DNA of 64,000 nucleotides from an uncultured Deferribacteres bacterium (GCA_964014485.1 CAXHAT010000007.1:1764-65763); one strand, 5' to 3'; shown: positions 38,565-47,800, counted from the stretch's first letter. Translations and numbers: made by a program. Notes: generated by a model not told the origin, from the letters alone.

Positions 38565-39255
38565 CGCGAACGTCTTCCTCAATGGTTCTGCCGTCCTGCA
38601 TTTTAATGACTCTATCGGCAATTTGCGCCAATTGCAGGTTGTGCGTGACGACAATAATCGTTCGGCCTTCGTTGCGCGTCAATTTCCAAAGCAAGCTGTG
38701 CAATTCATTGGCGGAAGCCGTGTCCAGATTTCCGGAAGGTTCGTCCGCCAGCAAAACGCGCGGCTGATTCATCAACGCACGGGCGAATGCAACGCGCTGC
38801 TGCTCGCCGCCGGAAAGTTCGGAAGGGCGATGATCCCGGCGATGCGAAAGTCCGACTTGATCCAAAAGTGCGGTCGCCCGGTCGCGTATTTTGGCCGCGG
38901 ACATGCCGGCGATCATGGCGGGCATAAAAACATTTTCCACGGCGGTGAATTCATCGAGTAAGTGATGAAACTGAAAAACAAAGCCGATCTCGCGGTTGCG
39001 GAACGCCGCCAGTTGTCGGTCGCTGTACTTGTCGAAAATACGCACGCCTTCAAATTCCACCTGCCCGTCGGACGGACGGTCGAGCGCGCCAAGAATGTGC
39101 AGAAGCGTACTTTTCCCAACACCGGAAGGCCCGACGATAGCGATCATTTCTCCGGCGTTCGCGGCGAAATCAACGCCTTTCAAAACGTCGACTTGCCCGC
39201 CGGGACCTGTTGGATAGCTTTTATAAAGTTGTGAAGTTTTCAGAAGAGGCTGCAT
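38557..39255 (-). CDS. lolD: Lipoprotein-releasing system ATP-binding protein LolD (MacB-type ABC ATPase)
   Basis: Walker A GPSGVGKST, signature LSGGEQQRVAFARA, Walker B LLADEPSGNLD. Confidence 0.85.
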   Translation of the reverse strand: MQPLLKTSQLYKSYPTGPGGQVDVLKGVDFAANAGEMIAIVGPSGVGKSTLLHILGALDRPSDGQVEFEGVRIFDKYSDRQLAAFRNREIGFVFQFHHLLDEFTAVENVFMPAMIAGMSAAKIRDRATALLDQVGLSHRRDHRPSELSGGEQQRVAFARALMNQPRVLLADEPSGNLDTASANELHSLLWKLTRNEGRTIIVVTHNLQLAQIADRVIKMQDGRTIEEDVRGE

Positions 39256-39274
39256 ATGCTCATCAATCTATTTT

Positions 39275-39460
39275 TTAAAAACTAACATTTCTCACTTCGT
39301 TTTAGATGCTATAAACTTCTATTTGTAATAACTTTAGACTCAGGCGTTCAGTGATAATCTTCGAACAATGCTTGAGCGTGACCCTGGTTTCTGTTTTTCA
39401 TTCTTTGCCTGAAAAACTATGAATTAGCCTCAATTTGAAGTGAGAAATGTTAGTTAAAAA
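39275..39460. repeat. Palindromic element with 19-bp perfect inverted arms
   Basis: AACTAACATTTCTCACTTC (39280-39298) and its exact reverse complement (39437-39455), separated by about 138 bp. Confidence 0.7.
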
Positions 39461-39494
39461 GATGTTCTTTCTCAACCTTTTGCCAGGACGACGC

Positions 39495-39600
39495 AAGACA
39501 AACAAACTGAAGTTTGAACTACAAACGACAGTGCATCCTTCGACTCCAAATGTAAAGCAAGCACTGTGGTTTGTAGTTCAAGCTTTAGCTTGCTTTTGCT
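39495..39600. repeat. Family B long hairpin repeat, copy 2
   Basis: CAAACTGAAGTTTGAACTACAAACGACAGTGC - loop - GCACTGTGGTTTGTAGTTCAAGCTTTAGCTTG. Related copies at 25021-25110 and 52565-52668. Confidence 0.8.
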
Positions 39601-39721
39601 GGAGCCGCCGTCTATACCTTTTGAAATCAAAACCACGAAAAGTTTATGACTTTGCACTTCTCGGTAATAACTTCGAGAACAATTGCGTTCCCAAGTTCAA
39701 CTTGGGAACAAGCCTGTATCG

Positions 39722-40969
39722 CTATTTTTCTCTGATTGCGTCAATGGGATCGAGTTTGGCGGCTTTACGCGCCGGGTAAATCGTCGCGAACAAGCTCAGA
39801 AGAATGGCGGCGATAGAGACAATCACAAAATCGAACGGCAGCATTTTCACCGGCACGGCGTCTACAATGTAAACGTCTCCGGGCAGCGAGAGCCACTTGA
39901 ATTTGATCTGCGACCAGCAAACGAGATAGCCCAAAATCAACCCGCCCGCCGCACCAAACAATCCCGCGACGAGGCCTTGATACATAAAAATGCGTTGAAT
40001 GCCTTTGCTCGTCGCGCCCATGCTTTTCAAAATGCCAATGTCCTGCCGTTTTTCCATTACCACCATGATCAGCGAGCCGATGATATTGAACGTGGCGACC
40101 ACGATAATCAGACTCAGGATGAAAAAAATCATCATGCGCTCGACTTCGATCCACGAAAACAAGTTGCGGTGCATGGAAAACCAGGTGCGAGCCCAGGTCG
40201 GGAAACCGATTTTGTCGTTCAATTCATCGGCGACTTCCTGCGCGTTATCAATGTCGTCGAGCTTGATTTGAATGCCGGAAATTTTGTCGGGCTTTTCGGT
40301 GAGTCTTTGACCGGACTTGATGCTGATGAAGGCGAACATGTTGTCGTAATCGAACAGCCCGGTTTCAAACAGCCCGGCGACGCGAAAGGTGTACCAGCGC
40401 GGCTGGGCGAGGGGGCCGCGCAGTTCCAAACCGGAAGCGATGAGCACTTGCACGCGCTGGGTCAGCGTCACGTCGAGTTTGTCCGCCAGCCAACGCCCGA
40501 GAACGATTCCCGGATAGGAGCGCTCGCCCTCGACCTCGATCATGCCGAGATTAAGCTCGCCCTTAACGATGTTGTCGGCCAGATTGGTTACGGTCGGCTC
40601 AAGCGCCGGATCAATGGCCTTGATCGAAATGAAATCCCGTCGCGCCGCCGAAGCCACCAGCGCTTTTTCTTCAATAAACGGCGCCGCGCCGATGACGTGC
40701 TCGACCGAATCGACGCGCGTAAGAATCTGCTCATAATTTTCCATGCCGCGGTCGTGAAACGTGCCGAGCTTCACGTGCGCGGCAAAACCGATGATGCTCG
40801 ACCGCACCTGGTCTTCAAAGCCGTTCGCCACCGAAAGCGCAATCACCAACGCCGCCGTCCCGATCATCACGCCAATCGTCGAAATATAATTGATAAGATT
40901 GATCGTAACGAAGTTGGTCTTCTGTTTTGATTTCAGATATTTCTTGGCGACAAAAAATTCAAATGCCAT
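39722..40969 (-). CDS. lolE: LolC/LolE-family lipoprotein-releasing permease (MacB_PCD + FtsX)
   Basis: 415 aa. N-terminus FEFFVAKKYLKSK. FtsX C-terminal region (GILKSMGAT...IYPARKAAKLDPIDAIR). Confidence 0.85.
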   Translation of the reverse strand: MAFEFFVAKKYLKSKQKTNFVTINLINYISTIGVMIGTAALVIALSVANGFEDQVRSSIIGFAAHVKLGTFHDRGMENYEQILTRVDSVEHVIGAAPFIEEKALVASAARRDFISIKAIDPALEPTVTNLADNIVKGELNLGMIEVEGERSYPGIVLGRWLADKLDVTLTQRVQVLIASGLELRGPLAQPRWYTFRVAGLFETGLFDYDNMFAFISIKSGQRLTEKPDKISGIQIKLDDIDNAQEVADELNDKIGFPTWARTWFSMHRNLFSWIEVERMMIFFILSLIIVVATFNIIGSLIMVVMEKRQDIGILKSMGATSKGIQRIFMYQGLVAGLFGAAGGLILGYLVCWSQIKFKWLSLPGDVYIVDAVPVKMLPFDFVIVSIAAILLSLFATIYPARKAAKLDPIDAIREK

Positions 40970-41194
40970 ATCTTTTTTAGGCTCGTTCGATTACTTAATT
41001 TTCGCAGAATAAATTTCTGCCACTTTATTACAATCCGCCGTTATTGGCTATTTTGAATGGATGATAAATAAAATATCCTTGAGAGAAACGAAGATACAAA
41101 AGCTGTAAGATAAGCCTGTTTCTCGATATTTACAACAACTGTCGCATTTTTGAGAACCATCGCCAAATATCTGATTTCTTTGCAAATTATTTAG

Positions 41195-41211
41195 CATAGA
41201 ATTTCTACAGA
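41195..41211 (+). promoter_or_regulatory. Direct-repeat box CATAGAA-N3-CTACAGA upstream of the response regulator gene (candidate OmpR-family operator)
   Basis: Half-sites 10 bp apart, 56 bp upstream of ATG 41267. Nearly the same box recurs at 43274-43291. Confidence 0.35.
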
Positions 41212-41266
41212 ATTATCTTTTAAATTTAACAGATTTTGAAACAAGTCCCTTAATTTCAGAAAAGTG

Positions 41267-41950
41267 ATGAAACTCCTTCTTGTTGAAGACAATTTGAACC
41301 TCGCTGAAGACATTCAGAAGTTCCTGATAAGTAATGGTTATCTCGTTGAACATGCGCCCACACTGCTTTCAGGAAGCGAGAAAATTGCAGTTTATTCGTA
41401 TGACGCGATCATTCTTGACTTGGGCTTGCCGGACGGGAGCGGGCTGGAACTGATCAGCGAAGTGAAAGAAACAAATCCGGACACAGGCGTTCTTATCGTT
41501 ACCGCCAGAAACGCCATCGAGGACAAGGTGAAAGGGCTGGAAATTGGCGCCGACGATTATATCACAAAACCTTTCCACAAGGCGGAGCTCAACGCGCGTA
41601 TTCGGTCCATCATTCGGCGCCGAAGCTCGCAGGGAAGGAATGTTCTCCAATTCAATGAAATCAGCATAGATTTGTTGGCGTCCCAAGCATTCCTTCACAA
41701 CAAGCCTGTCACGCTGACACGCAAAGAATACGATCTGCTGCTGTATTTTTTGTATAACAAGAATCGCGTGCTCACCAAAGAGAACATAACGGAGCACCTT
41801 TGGGGCGATCATATCGACCAAGCCGACAGTTTTGATTTCATTTATAACCATATCAAAAACTTGCGAAAAAAACTCTCAAACGGCGGCTGCAAAAATTATA
41901 TCCACGCGATGTACGGCATGGGGTATCGTTTTTCTGAGCTCGGAAAATGA
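41267..41950 (+). CDS. OmpR/PhoB-family response regulator
   Basis: Receiver domain with DAIILDLGLPDGSG and ...TKPF. Winged-helix LTRKEYDLLLYF...GYRF. Confidence 0.9.
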   Translation: MKLLLVEDNLNLAEDIQKFLISNGYLVEHAPTLLSGSEKIAVYSYDAIILDLGLPDGSGLELISEVKETNPDTGVLIVTARNAIEDKVKGLEIGADDYITKPFHKAELNARIRSIIRRRSSQGRNVLQFNEISIDLLASQAFLHNKPVTLTRKEYDLLLYFLYNKNRVLTKENITEHLWGDHIDQADSFDFIYNHIKNLRKKLSNGGCKNYIHAMYGMGYRFSELGK

Positions 41951-43239
41951 AACGCTTTCGATCTATGAGCCTACTCACAAAAACCACCCTGATTTATCTT
42001 TTCGGGACCTTGATCACTTTTTTCATCGTCGCTCTTTTTCTCACGCACGAAGCGGATAAATTCATCAGAAATGAGCTTGCTTTACGGTTCGAAAAAGATG
42101 AGGGGAAAATGGTGCGACATATTGAAAAGGGCGGAGCGTTGGATGAACACGCACCGCTTCGTCAAGCCTATCTCCTTGAAGTCTCGCCGCATGATGTCAC
42201 TCACGCAACCTATGCCGACACGGTTTTTATTCAAGCCGGAACAGAGCATCTACAGCATTTCCGTAAAAAAACGATGTTCAGAGAAATCGGCGGGCGGTTT
42301 TACCGGCTGGAAATCTTGAGTTCTATTGAAGAGTTTGAACGGTTCCGAGACGATATTTTTGGGTCGATTATCCCGGCGTTTGTCTTGCTGGCTCTTGGCA
42401 TTGTTGGCTTCAACTTTCTGCTGTCCGGCTATCTGTTCCGTCCTTTTAACCGCATTCTTTCGCAAATGAAAAATTATCAGACCGGGCAAAGCGAAGGCGT
42501 TAAAATAGAGCCGACGACAACTCGCGAGTTCGTGAAAATGCAAGAGCTCTTTCACCGTATGCTTGCGCGCATAGACCGGGACTATCGTAACTTAAAAGAA
42601 TACACCGAGAATATGGCGCACGAAATCCAGACGCCGCTCACCGTTCTGCTGAACAAAAGCGAAAATTTGATTGCTGATGACGCCGTGATGGAAAAACATA
42701 CGCACGACGTCAAGACAATTTACGATGAAGTCAACCATCTTTCCCGACTGGGAAACGCACTTAACTTGCTCACCAAAATCGAAAATCGAGAATTCGACAA
42801 AGCCGGGGAGATACTGACTCAGCCAGTCATTAAACAACATGTTGCCTCCGTTCATGAACTTGCCGATCTCAAGTCAATGAAGATAGATTTGGATGTTGCT
42901 GATGATCATAGCCTGACCATTGATCCTTTTCTTCTCGACGTCATCATAAAAAATCTACTGAGAAACGCCATCCGCTACGGCGACGTTGATAGCGTAATCA
43001 CAATCGCTGCAACCGGCAATGTATTCTCGATAAGTAATGACGGGCCGCCGCTAAAAACAGCCGCCGAAAACCTCTTCGAGAGATTTTACCGAGATCGGCA
43101 GGCCGACGGTTCTTTGGGGCTTGGGCTGGCATTGGTGAAGAAAATATGCGATTTGAATGATCTGAAAATTGAATATCGATACAACAATGGACGGCACGTC
43201 TTTTCGATAATTAACGCCGGAATCGCCAAATCAGTTTAA
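41947..43239 (+). CDS. Sensor histidine kinase (2 TM, HisKA, HATPase_c), cognate to the preceding regulator
   Basis: ATGA start/stop overlap with the regulator. H-box MAHEIQTPLT, N-box LLRNAIRYG, G-box GLGLALVKKI. Confidence 0.9.
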   Translation: MKRFRSMSLLTKTTLIYLFGTLITFFIVALFLTHEADKFIRNELALRFEKDEGKMVRHIEKGGALDEHAPLRQAYLLEVSPHDVTHATYADTVFIQAGTEHLQHFRKKTMFREIGGRFYRLEILSSIEEFERFRDDIFGSIIPAFVLLALGIVGFNFLLSGYLFRPFNRILSQMKNYQTGQSEGVKIEPTTTREFVKMQELFHRMLARIDRDYRNLKEYTENMAHEIQTPLTVLLNKSENLIADDAVMEKHTHDVKTIYDEVNHLSRLGNALNLLTKIENREFDKAGEILTQPVIKQHVASVHELADLKSMKIDLDVADDHSLTIDPFLLDVIIKNLLRNAIRYGDVDSVITIAATGNVFSISNDGPPLKTAAENLFERFYRDRQADGSLGLGLALVKKICDLNDLKIEYRYNNGRHVFSIINAGIAKSV

Positions 43240-43273
43240 AGAAACGCACGTCTGCTTTTCCATAATCACTCGT

Positions 43274-43291
43274 CTACAGATTTCCTACAGA
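43274..43291 (+). promoter_or_regulatory. Direct-repeat box CTACAGA-N4-CTACAGA upstream of the DUF5916-like gene
   Basis: Perfect 7-bp direct repeat with 11-bp periodicity, 80 bp upstream of ATG 43371. Shares TTTC(C)TACAGAAT with the 41195 box. Confidence 0.35.
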
Positions 43292-43370
43292 ATCATTGAG
43301 TATTATCCAGGCGGCGGGAAATTAATTATCGACAAGCTAAAGTCTCTACATATTGAATTTTGGAAGCGTA

Positions 43371-45962
43371 ATGAACAAAAGATCGATTAAAGGAACAGGG
43401 TTCGCACCCGCGTCGCCGCTAGCGGTTGTCGCAGTCTTTTTAATAATTATTACGGAATTGACGACAACTGTGCATTCAACTTTAGCGCAAGAAAAGTCGG
43501 TTTTCCTTGAGTCGCGTCCCGTACTATCGGCGCAGCCGCTCGAAACGTCGATCTCCATCGACGGTCGACTCGACGAAACGGCCTGGAACCAGGCTGAGAT
43601 CGTCTCCGACTTCTTACAATCCGAGCCTGATGAAGGCGCTCCCGCCACACAGCGAACCGAGGTGCGCGTGCTTTATGGCGCAAATGACGTCTATTTGGGC
43701 GCATTGCTGCACGAAGACGATATTTCAAGAATCCAGTCAACGCTAGGCCGGCGTGATCAATTGAATCGAGCAGACTGGTTCATCGTCTCCATCGATTCAT
43801 ACTTCGACCGGAAAACCGCCTATGTTTTCGCTGTGAACGCCGCGGGCGTGCAATATGACGCCATACGGGCGGGGGGAGGGCCTGGCGGAGGTTTGGATGA
43901 ATCGTGGAACGCGATCTGGGGTTCGAGCGCGCAAGTTACGTCGGAAGGCTGGGTGGCGGAGATTCGTATTCCATACAGCATGCTTCGATTCGCCGGTGCG
44001 GAAACGCAAACATGGGGAATCCATTTTGAACGGCGCATACCGGAGCGCGGCGAGCAATCGCAATGGCCGTTGGTGCGTCGAACAGAACGCTCGAACAGGG
44101 TGGCGCAGTACGGTCTATTGCAAGGGATTTCCGGCGTTAAGCCGAGGCGCAATATTCAGGTGCAACCCTACACCGTTTCACGTTTGGAGAGTGAAGAGAA
44201 CCCGGACTTCCCTGGTAATGGCCTGCGCAACACGGCCGGAGATTTTGGCGGAGATTTAAAAATCGGCCTCGGTTCAAACGTCACTTTAGATGCAACGATC
44301 AACCCCGATTTTGGTCAGGTTGACGCAGATCCCGCCGAGTTGAATTTAACGGCCTTCGAGACATTTTTCGAAGAGCGCCGCCCGTTTTTTGTCGAAGGCG
44401 TTCAAATTTATGACTTCAGCCTCGGGCGCGGCAGGGACTTGCTCTATACCCGACGGATCGGCGCTGAAGCGCCCATTATTGGCGCCGCGAAACTTTCAGG
44501 ACGGACGGCAAGCGGCCTCTCATTCGGCGTATTCGGAGCTGCAACAGGCAACAATTTTGACCCGGAGCGCCTTTTCGGCGTTGCCAGGCTAAGTCGACAG
44601 ATTCATTCCTATTCTTCGTTTGGAGGCATTATCACCGGGTTTGACAGCCCGGAAGAAGAAGGGGGGCGCCTTCGTAGTCTAACCGGCGGCTCCGATTGGG
44701 ATTTTCGTTTCCGGAACAACACGTACAGCCTGCGCGGCTACGCGACTTTCTCCCACAGAAAACAAACGTTGGGCGACTTGAATGAAACAGGCCTTGCAGC
44801 CTCTCTTCGCGCCGCGAGGCAACGAGGCGTACTAAAATACGACTTCACGGCGACCCTGTTTGACGATAAGTTCAATCCAAACGAAATTGGCCGTTTGCGG
44901 CGCAATAATTTTATAAGCTTTGAAGCCGACCTGGACTATGAAGTTAACAGAGGTCAGTCCTTTGGGCCTTTTCAACGCGGGTCATTGAGTATTGACACAG
45001 GTCAACAATGGTCGTATCAAGATCGTCTGAATCTTGGGGCTGAATTTGGGCTGCGCTCACGATGGACGCTTCGCAGCTTTCAACGCATCGAACTTGACGC
45101 TTCCGTGGAAAATGTTTTCGGCGGATATGATCTTTTCGAGACAAGGGGATTGAGTCCTCGCGCGCAGCCGACGGCCTTTGAAGTGAGCGGGGAGTTTCAG
45201 ACGGATGATCGCCGAAGCTGGCAAATAGAGCCCGGAGTTAACGTTACGTTTCAAGAAGACGGCGGCAGAGAATACGCACTTGATCTCAGGACAAATTGGA
45301 ATGTCGGTTCTCGTTTAAGTCTAACGGGCGACATTGGCGCCGAGTGGGAAAACAACGTGATCGCTTGGTCATCGAACGAATCGTTTGCACGCGCTCAGGA
45401 CGGATGGCTGATCGGTTTGAGCGGAGACTCCCCGGATGAGTTAGAAGCGGGCGACTATGCTCCTTTCGACGATCAGGGTGATCTTGACGCTTTACTTGCC
45501 CGCATGGAGCCATTCGACGATGAGGGGCGATACTACACCCCGATTTTCGGCACGCGAGATACGCGTTCTATGGACTTTACGCTGCGCAGCAGCATCACGT
45601 TTACGCGCAAGCTTTCGGTTCAGGTCTATGGTCAACTATTCGTCGCAAGAGGCCGCTACAACGATTTTCAAATCCTGCAAGACCGCGACACGCTCGTCCC
45701 GTTTGACGCTTTCCCCAAGCGTGACGATTTTTCCTTTAGCAGCTTTCAAACCAATACTGTTTTGCGCTGGGAATATCGCCCCGGTTCAACGCTTTTTCTC
45801 GTCTGGACGCAAGGTCGTCGCGCGGAAGATGAGCTTAACCCGTTGGCGCCTTGGGGCGCGTCTCCCTATGATACGCCGCTCGATACGCAGATCGGCGACG
45901 CTTTCGACGTTTTCCCGAATAATGTTTTCTTGCTAAAGTTGGATTATACGTTTATTCGCTAA
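43371..45962 (+). CDS. Secreted/outer-membrane protein with an N-terminal CBM9-like domain and a DUF5916-like beta-rich body
   Basis: Signal peptide. IDGRLDETAWNQAEIVSDFLQSEPDEGAPATQRTEVRVLY resembles the conserved N-terminus of the CBM9/DUF5916 family, from memory only. Confidence 0.55.
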   Translation: MNKRSIKGTGFAPASPLAVVAVFLIIITELTTTVHSTLAQEKSVFLESRPVLSAQPLETSISIDGRLDETAWNQAEIVSDFLQSEPDEGAPATQRTEVRVLYGANDVYLGALLHEDDISRIQSTLGRRDQLNRADWFIVSIDSYFDRKTAYVFAVNAAGVQYDAIRAGGGPGGGLDESWNAIWGSSAQVTSEGWVAEIRIPYSMLRFAGAETQTWGIHFERRIPERGEQSQWPLVRRTERSNRVAQYGLLQGISGVKPRRNIQVQPYTVSRLESEENPDFPGNGLRNTAGDFGGDLKIGLGSNVTLDATINPDFGQVDADPAELNLTAFETFFEERRPFFVEGVQIYDFSLGRGRDLLYTRRIGAEAPIIGAAKLSGRTASGLSFGVFGAATGNNFDPERLFGVARLSRQIHSYSSFGGIITGFDSPEEEGGRLRSLTGGSDWDFRFRNNTYSLRGYATFSHRKQTLGDLNETGLAASLRAARQRGVLKYDFTATLFDDKFNPNEIGRLRRNNFISFEADLDYEVNRGQSFGPFQRGSLSIDTGQQWSYQDRLNLGAEFGLRSRWTLRSFQRIELDASVENVFGGYDLFETRGLSPRAQPTAFEVSGEFQTDDRRSWQIEPGVNVTFQEDGGREYALDLRTNWNVGSRLSLTGDIGAEWENNVIAWSSNESFARAQDGWLIGLSGDSPDELEAGDYAPFDDQGDLDALLARMEPFDDEGRYYTPIFGTRDTRSMDFTLRSSITFTRKLSVQVYGQLFVARGRYNDFQILQDRDTLVPFDAFPKRDDFSFSSFQTNTVLRWEYRPGSTLFLVWTQGRRAEDELNPLAPWGASPYDTPLDTQIGDAFDVFPNNVFLLKLDYTFIR

Positions 45963-46036
45963 ATGGAGAATGAAACAAGAGCGACGCGGTTCGATGCACG
46001 TCGCAACTTCCCGTCTTTAACCTTGAGGAGAGTGAG

Positions 46037-46924
46037 ATGAAAAAGATTAGAAATGAAGACCTGGGCCAGGAGGTGTTCGACCTTTTCGACCGCTACGTCC
46101 ACAGCGGGATTAGTCGTCGCGAATTTATGGAGAAGGTCTCAAAATATGCGATCGGCGGCCTGACGGCAGCGGCGATTTACGACTACTTGTCGCCCAAATA
46201 TGTCGAAGCGCAACAAGTGAAAGCGCAGGATCCGCGTTTAAATTCCGAGTACGTCGAGTATGATTCGCCAAAAGGCGGCGGAAAAATTCGCGGACTGCTG
46301 TCGCGACCGAAGGATAACAAGAAAAAACTCCCCGGCATTGTCGTCGTTCATGAAAATCGCGGACTAAACCCGCACATTGAAGATGTATCACGCAGGGCGG
46401 GTCTGGCGGGATTTATCGCTCTCGCACCGGACGCCCTCACGCCGCTCGGCGGTTATCCCGGCAACGATGACGACGGCAGAACGATGCAGCGCAAGCGAGA
46501 TCGCGGCGAAATGCTGGAAGATTTTATTGCTGCTTTCGAGTATCTCAAAAAGCATTCGGAATGCAGCGGTAAAGTCGGCGTGGTGGGTTTTTGCTTTGGC
46601 GGCTGGATTTCCAATATGATGGCCGTGCGCGTGCCGGATTTATTGGCGGCAGTTCCGTTCTACGGTGGTCAGCCTTCGGCGGAGGACGTTCCGAAAATTA
46701 AAGTGCCGTTGCTGCTTCATTTTGCCGAATTGGACAGGCGCGTCAACGCCGGTTGGCCGGATTACGAAAAAGCCTTGAAGGAACACAAGAAAGAATACAC
46801 GGCGCACATCTACCCGGCCGCCAATCATGGCTTCCACAATGACACCACGCCGCGTTTTGACAAGGACGCCGCCAAGCTCGCCTGGGAGCGGACCGTCACA
46901 TTTTTCAAGGAAAAGCTACAATAG
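46037..46924 (+). CDS. Dienelactone hydrolase family protein
   Basis: [16 protein letters not shown], nucleophile motif GVVGFCFGG, and a late HGF histidine. Confidence 0.8.
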   Translation: MKKIRNEDLGQEVFDLFDRYVHSGISRREFMEKVSKYAIGGLTAAAIYDYLSPKYVEAQQVKAQDPRLNSEYVEYDSPKGGGKIRGLLSRPKDNKKKLPGIVVVHENRGLNPHIEDVSRRAGLAGFIALAPDALTPLGGYPGNDDDGRTMQRKRDRGEMLEDFIAAFEYLKKHSECSGKVGVVGFCFGGWISNMMAVRVPDLLAAVPFYGGQPSAEDVPKIKVPLLLHFAELDRRVNAGWPDYEKALKEHKKEYTAHIYPAANHGFHNDTTPRFDKDAAKLAWERTVTFFKEKLQ

Positions 46925-46956
46925 TTGTTCTTGGGCAACGACTTTTTCAAGAACGA

Positions 46957-47766
46957 CTACCTAAGCTGAGAGAATTTCAGCACATTAAGAATAATGTGTA
47001 AGTCTTCAATTTTGTTGAGTCTACTTTGGTCAACGCCCCCATTCTTGTCTACAATATTAGTCCAAAAATTCAGAGCTGGTTTGAATTTAGTTCGCTCAGA
47101 TTCATCAAGTAATTGCAAGCAAAAATCATTGTAATTGGCTAACCGTTTCTGTTCTTGATTGAACATAAAATCTCCAAGTGAATCGTGCAAACTAAAAGGG
47201 ATGCCATGTTCTAGTGCAATACTTACCCGCATACTTCGAGTAAGGTCGTAAATGTCGAAAGTATCACCAGTCAATCGACGAACGTATTTGTGCTCCTTTG
47301 CAAGTTCTTGATAGGCAATTCTTTCCTTATCACCAACTTTACTGACATCTAACGTCATGAAAGGCTGTTCATGCTGAATTCGCTTCAGCCAATAAAAGAA
47401 TATGCAGTTAAGGTAAACAGTTGATGTGATGTAATATCCGCCCAATTCATCGACTGAATCACTGTAGAACCATTCTAAATTTCTTGTTTCAAAGTCATGA
47501 CTCATTCGCGTAATCATATTTTTCCGTTTCTCTGAGGTTTCGGGTTCATGAATAAGTCGCCTTCGAATGTGGTTTAATCTGCCGCGAAATTCATCAGCGT
47601 TGTGTTTAAAAGGATGAAAATAATCATGCTTCTGCTGAATGTTTATCTGGATATCAGCCTTAGCCCGCTCCTTTCCCAATTCCATTTTGGTTTTCTGCTG
47701 CGCAGTAAGATAGGCTACTAGAATGGATATGATACCGCTAATGACCACGGCGAGAATCGGATCCAT
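46957..47766 (-). CDS. Hypothetical N-terminally membrane-anchored protein encoded in a sharply AT-rich segment
   Basis: 269-aa ORF with one N-terminal TM helix (ILAVVISGIISILVAYL). I recognise no motif. My hand counts of two 100-nt samples give about 32-35% GC, against about 56% in the flank at 46601-46700. Confidence 0.6.
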   Translation of the reverse strand: MDPILAVVISGIISILVAYLTAQQKTKMELGKERAKADIQINIQQKHDYFHPFKHNADEFRGRLNHIRRRLIHEPETSEKRKNMITRMSHDFETRNLEWFYSDSVDELGGYYITSTVYLNCIFFYWLKRIQHEQPFMTLDVSKVGDKERIAYQELAKEHKYVRRLTGDTFDIYDLTRSMRVSIALEHGIPFSLHDSLGDFMFNQEQKRLANYNDFCLQLLDESERTKFKPALNFWTNIVDKNGGVDQSRLNKIEDLHIILNVLKFSQLR

Positions 47767-47800
47767 ACATCCGTCCTATTCAAAAGTCTTTTTCAAAATT

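Noticed and set aside
38565-38654. Upstream ATG start for mcsA, giving a 154-aa product
   Set aside because: It would overlap lolD by about 100 nt and add a non-conserved N-terminus. The GTG at 38564 gives the canonical McsA start (VNKICEVCE...).
39683-40930. 415-aa ORF on the + strand, exactly antisense to lolE and of the same length
   Set aside because: The translation is low-complexity (rich in R/H/D/N/Q) with no recognisable motif, while the minus-strand product is a clear LolC/E permease. Similar long antisense shadow ORFs occur opposite clpB (3-929), lysS (48584-49447), clpC (34781-35551), GH13 (25581-26243), OmpA (27966-28694) and the BNR gene (55929-56852, 57477-58097). They are most likely a codon-usage artefact of this genome.
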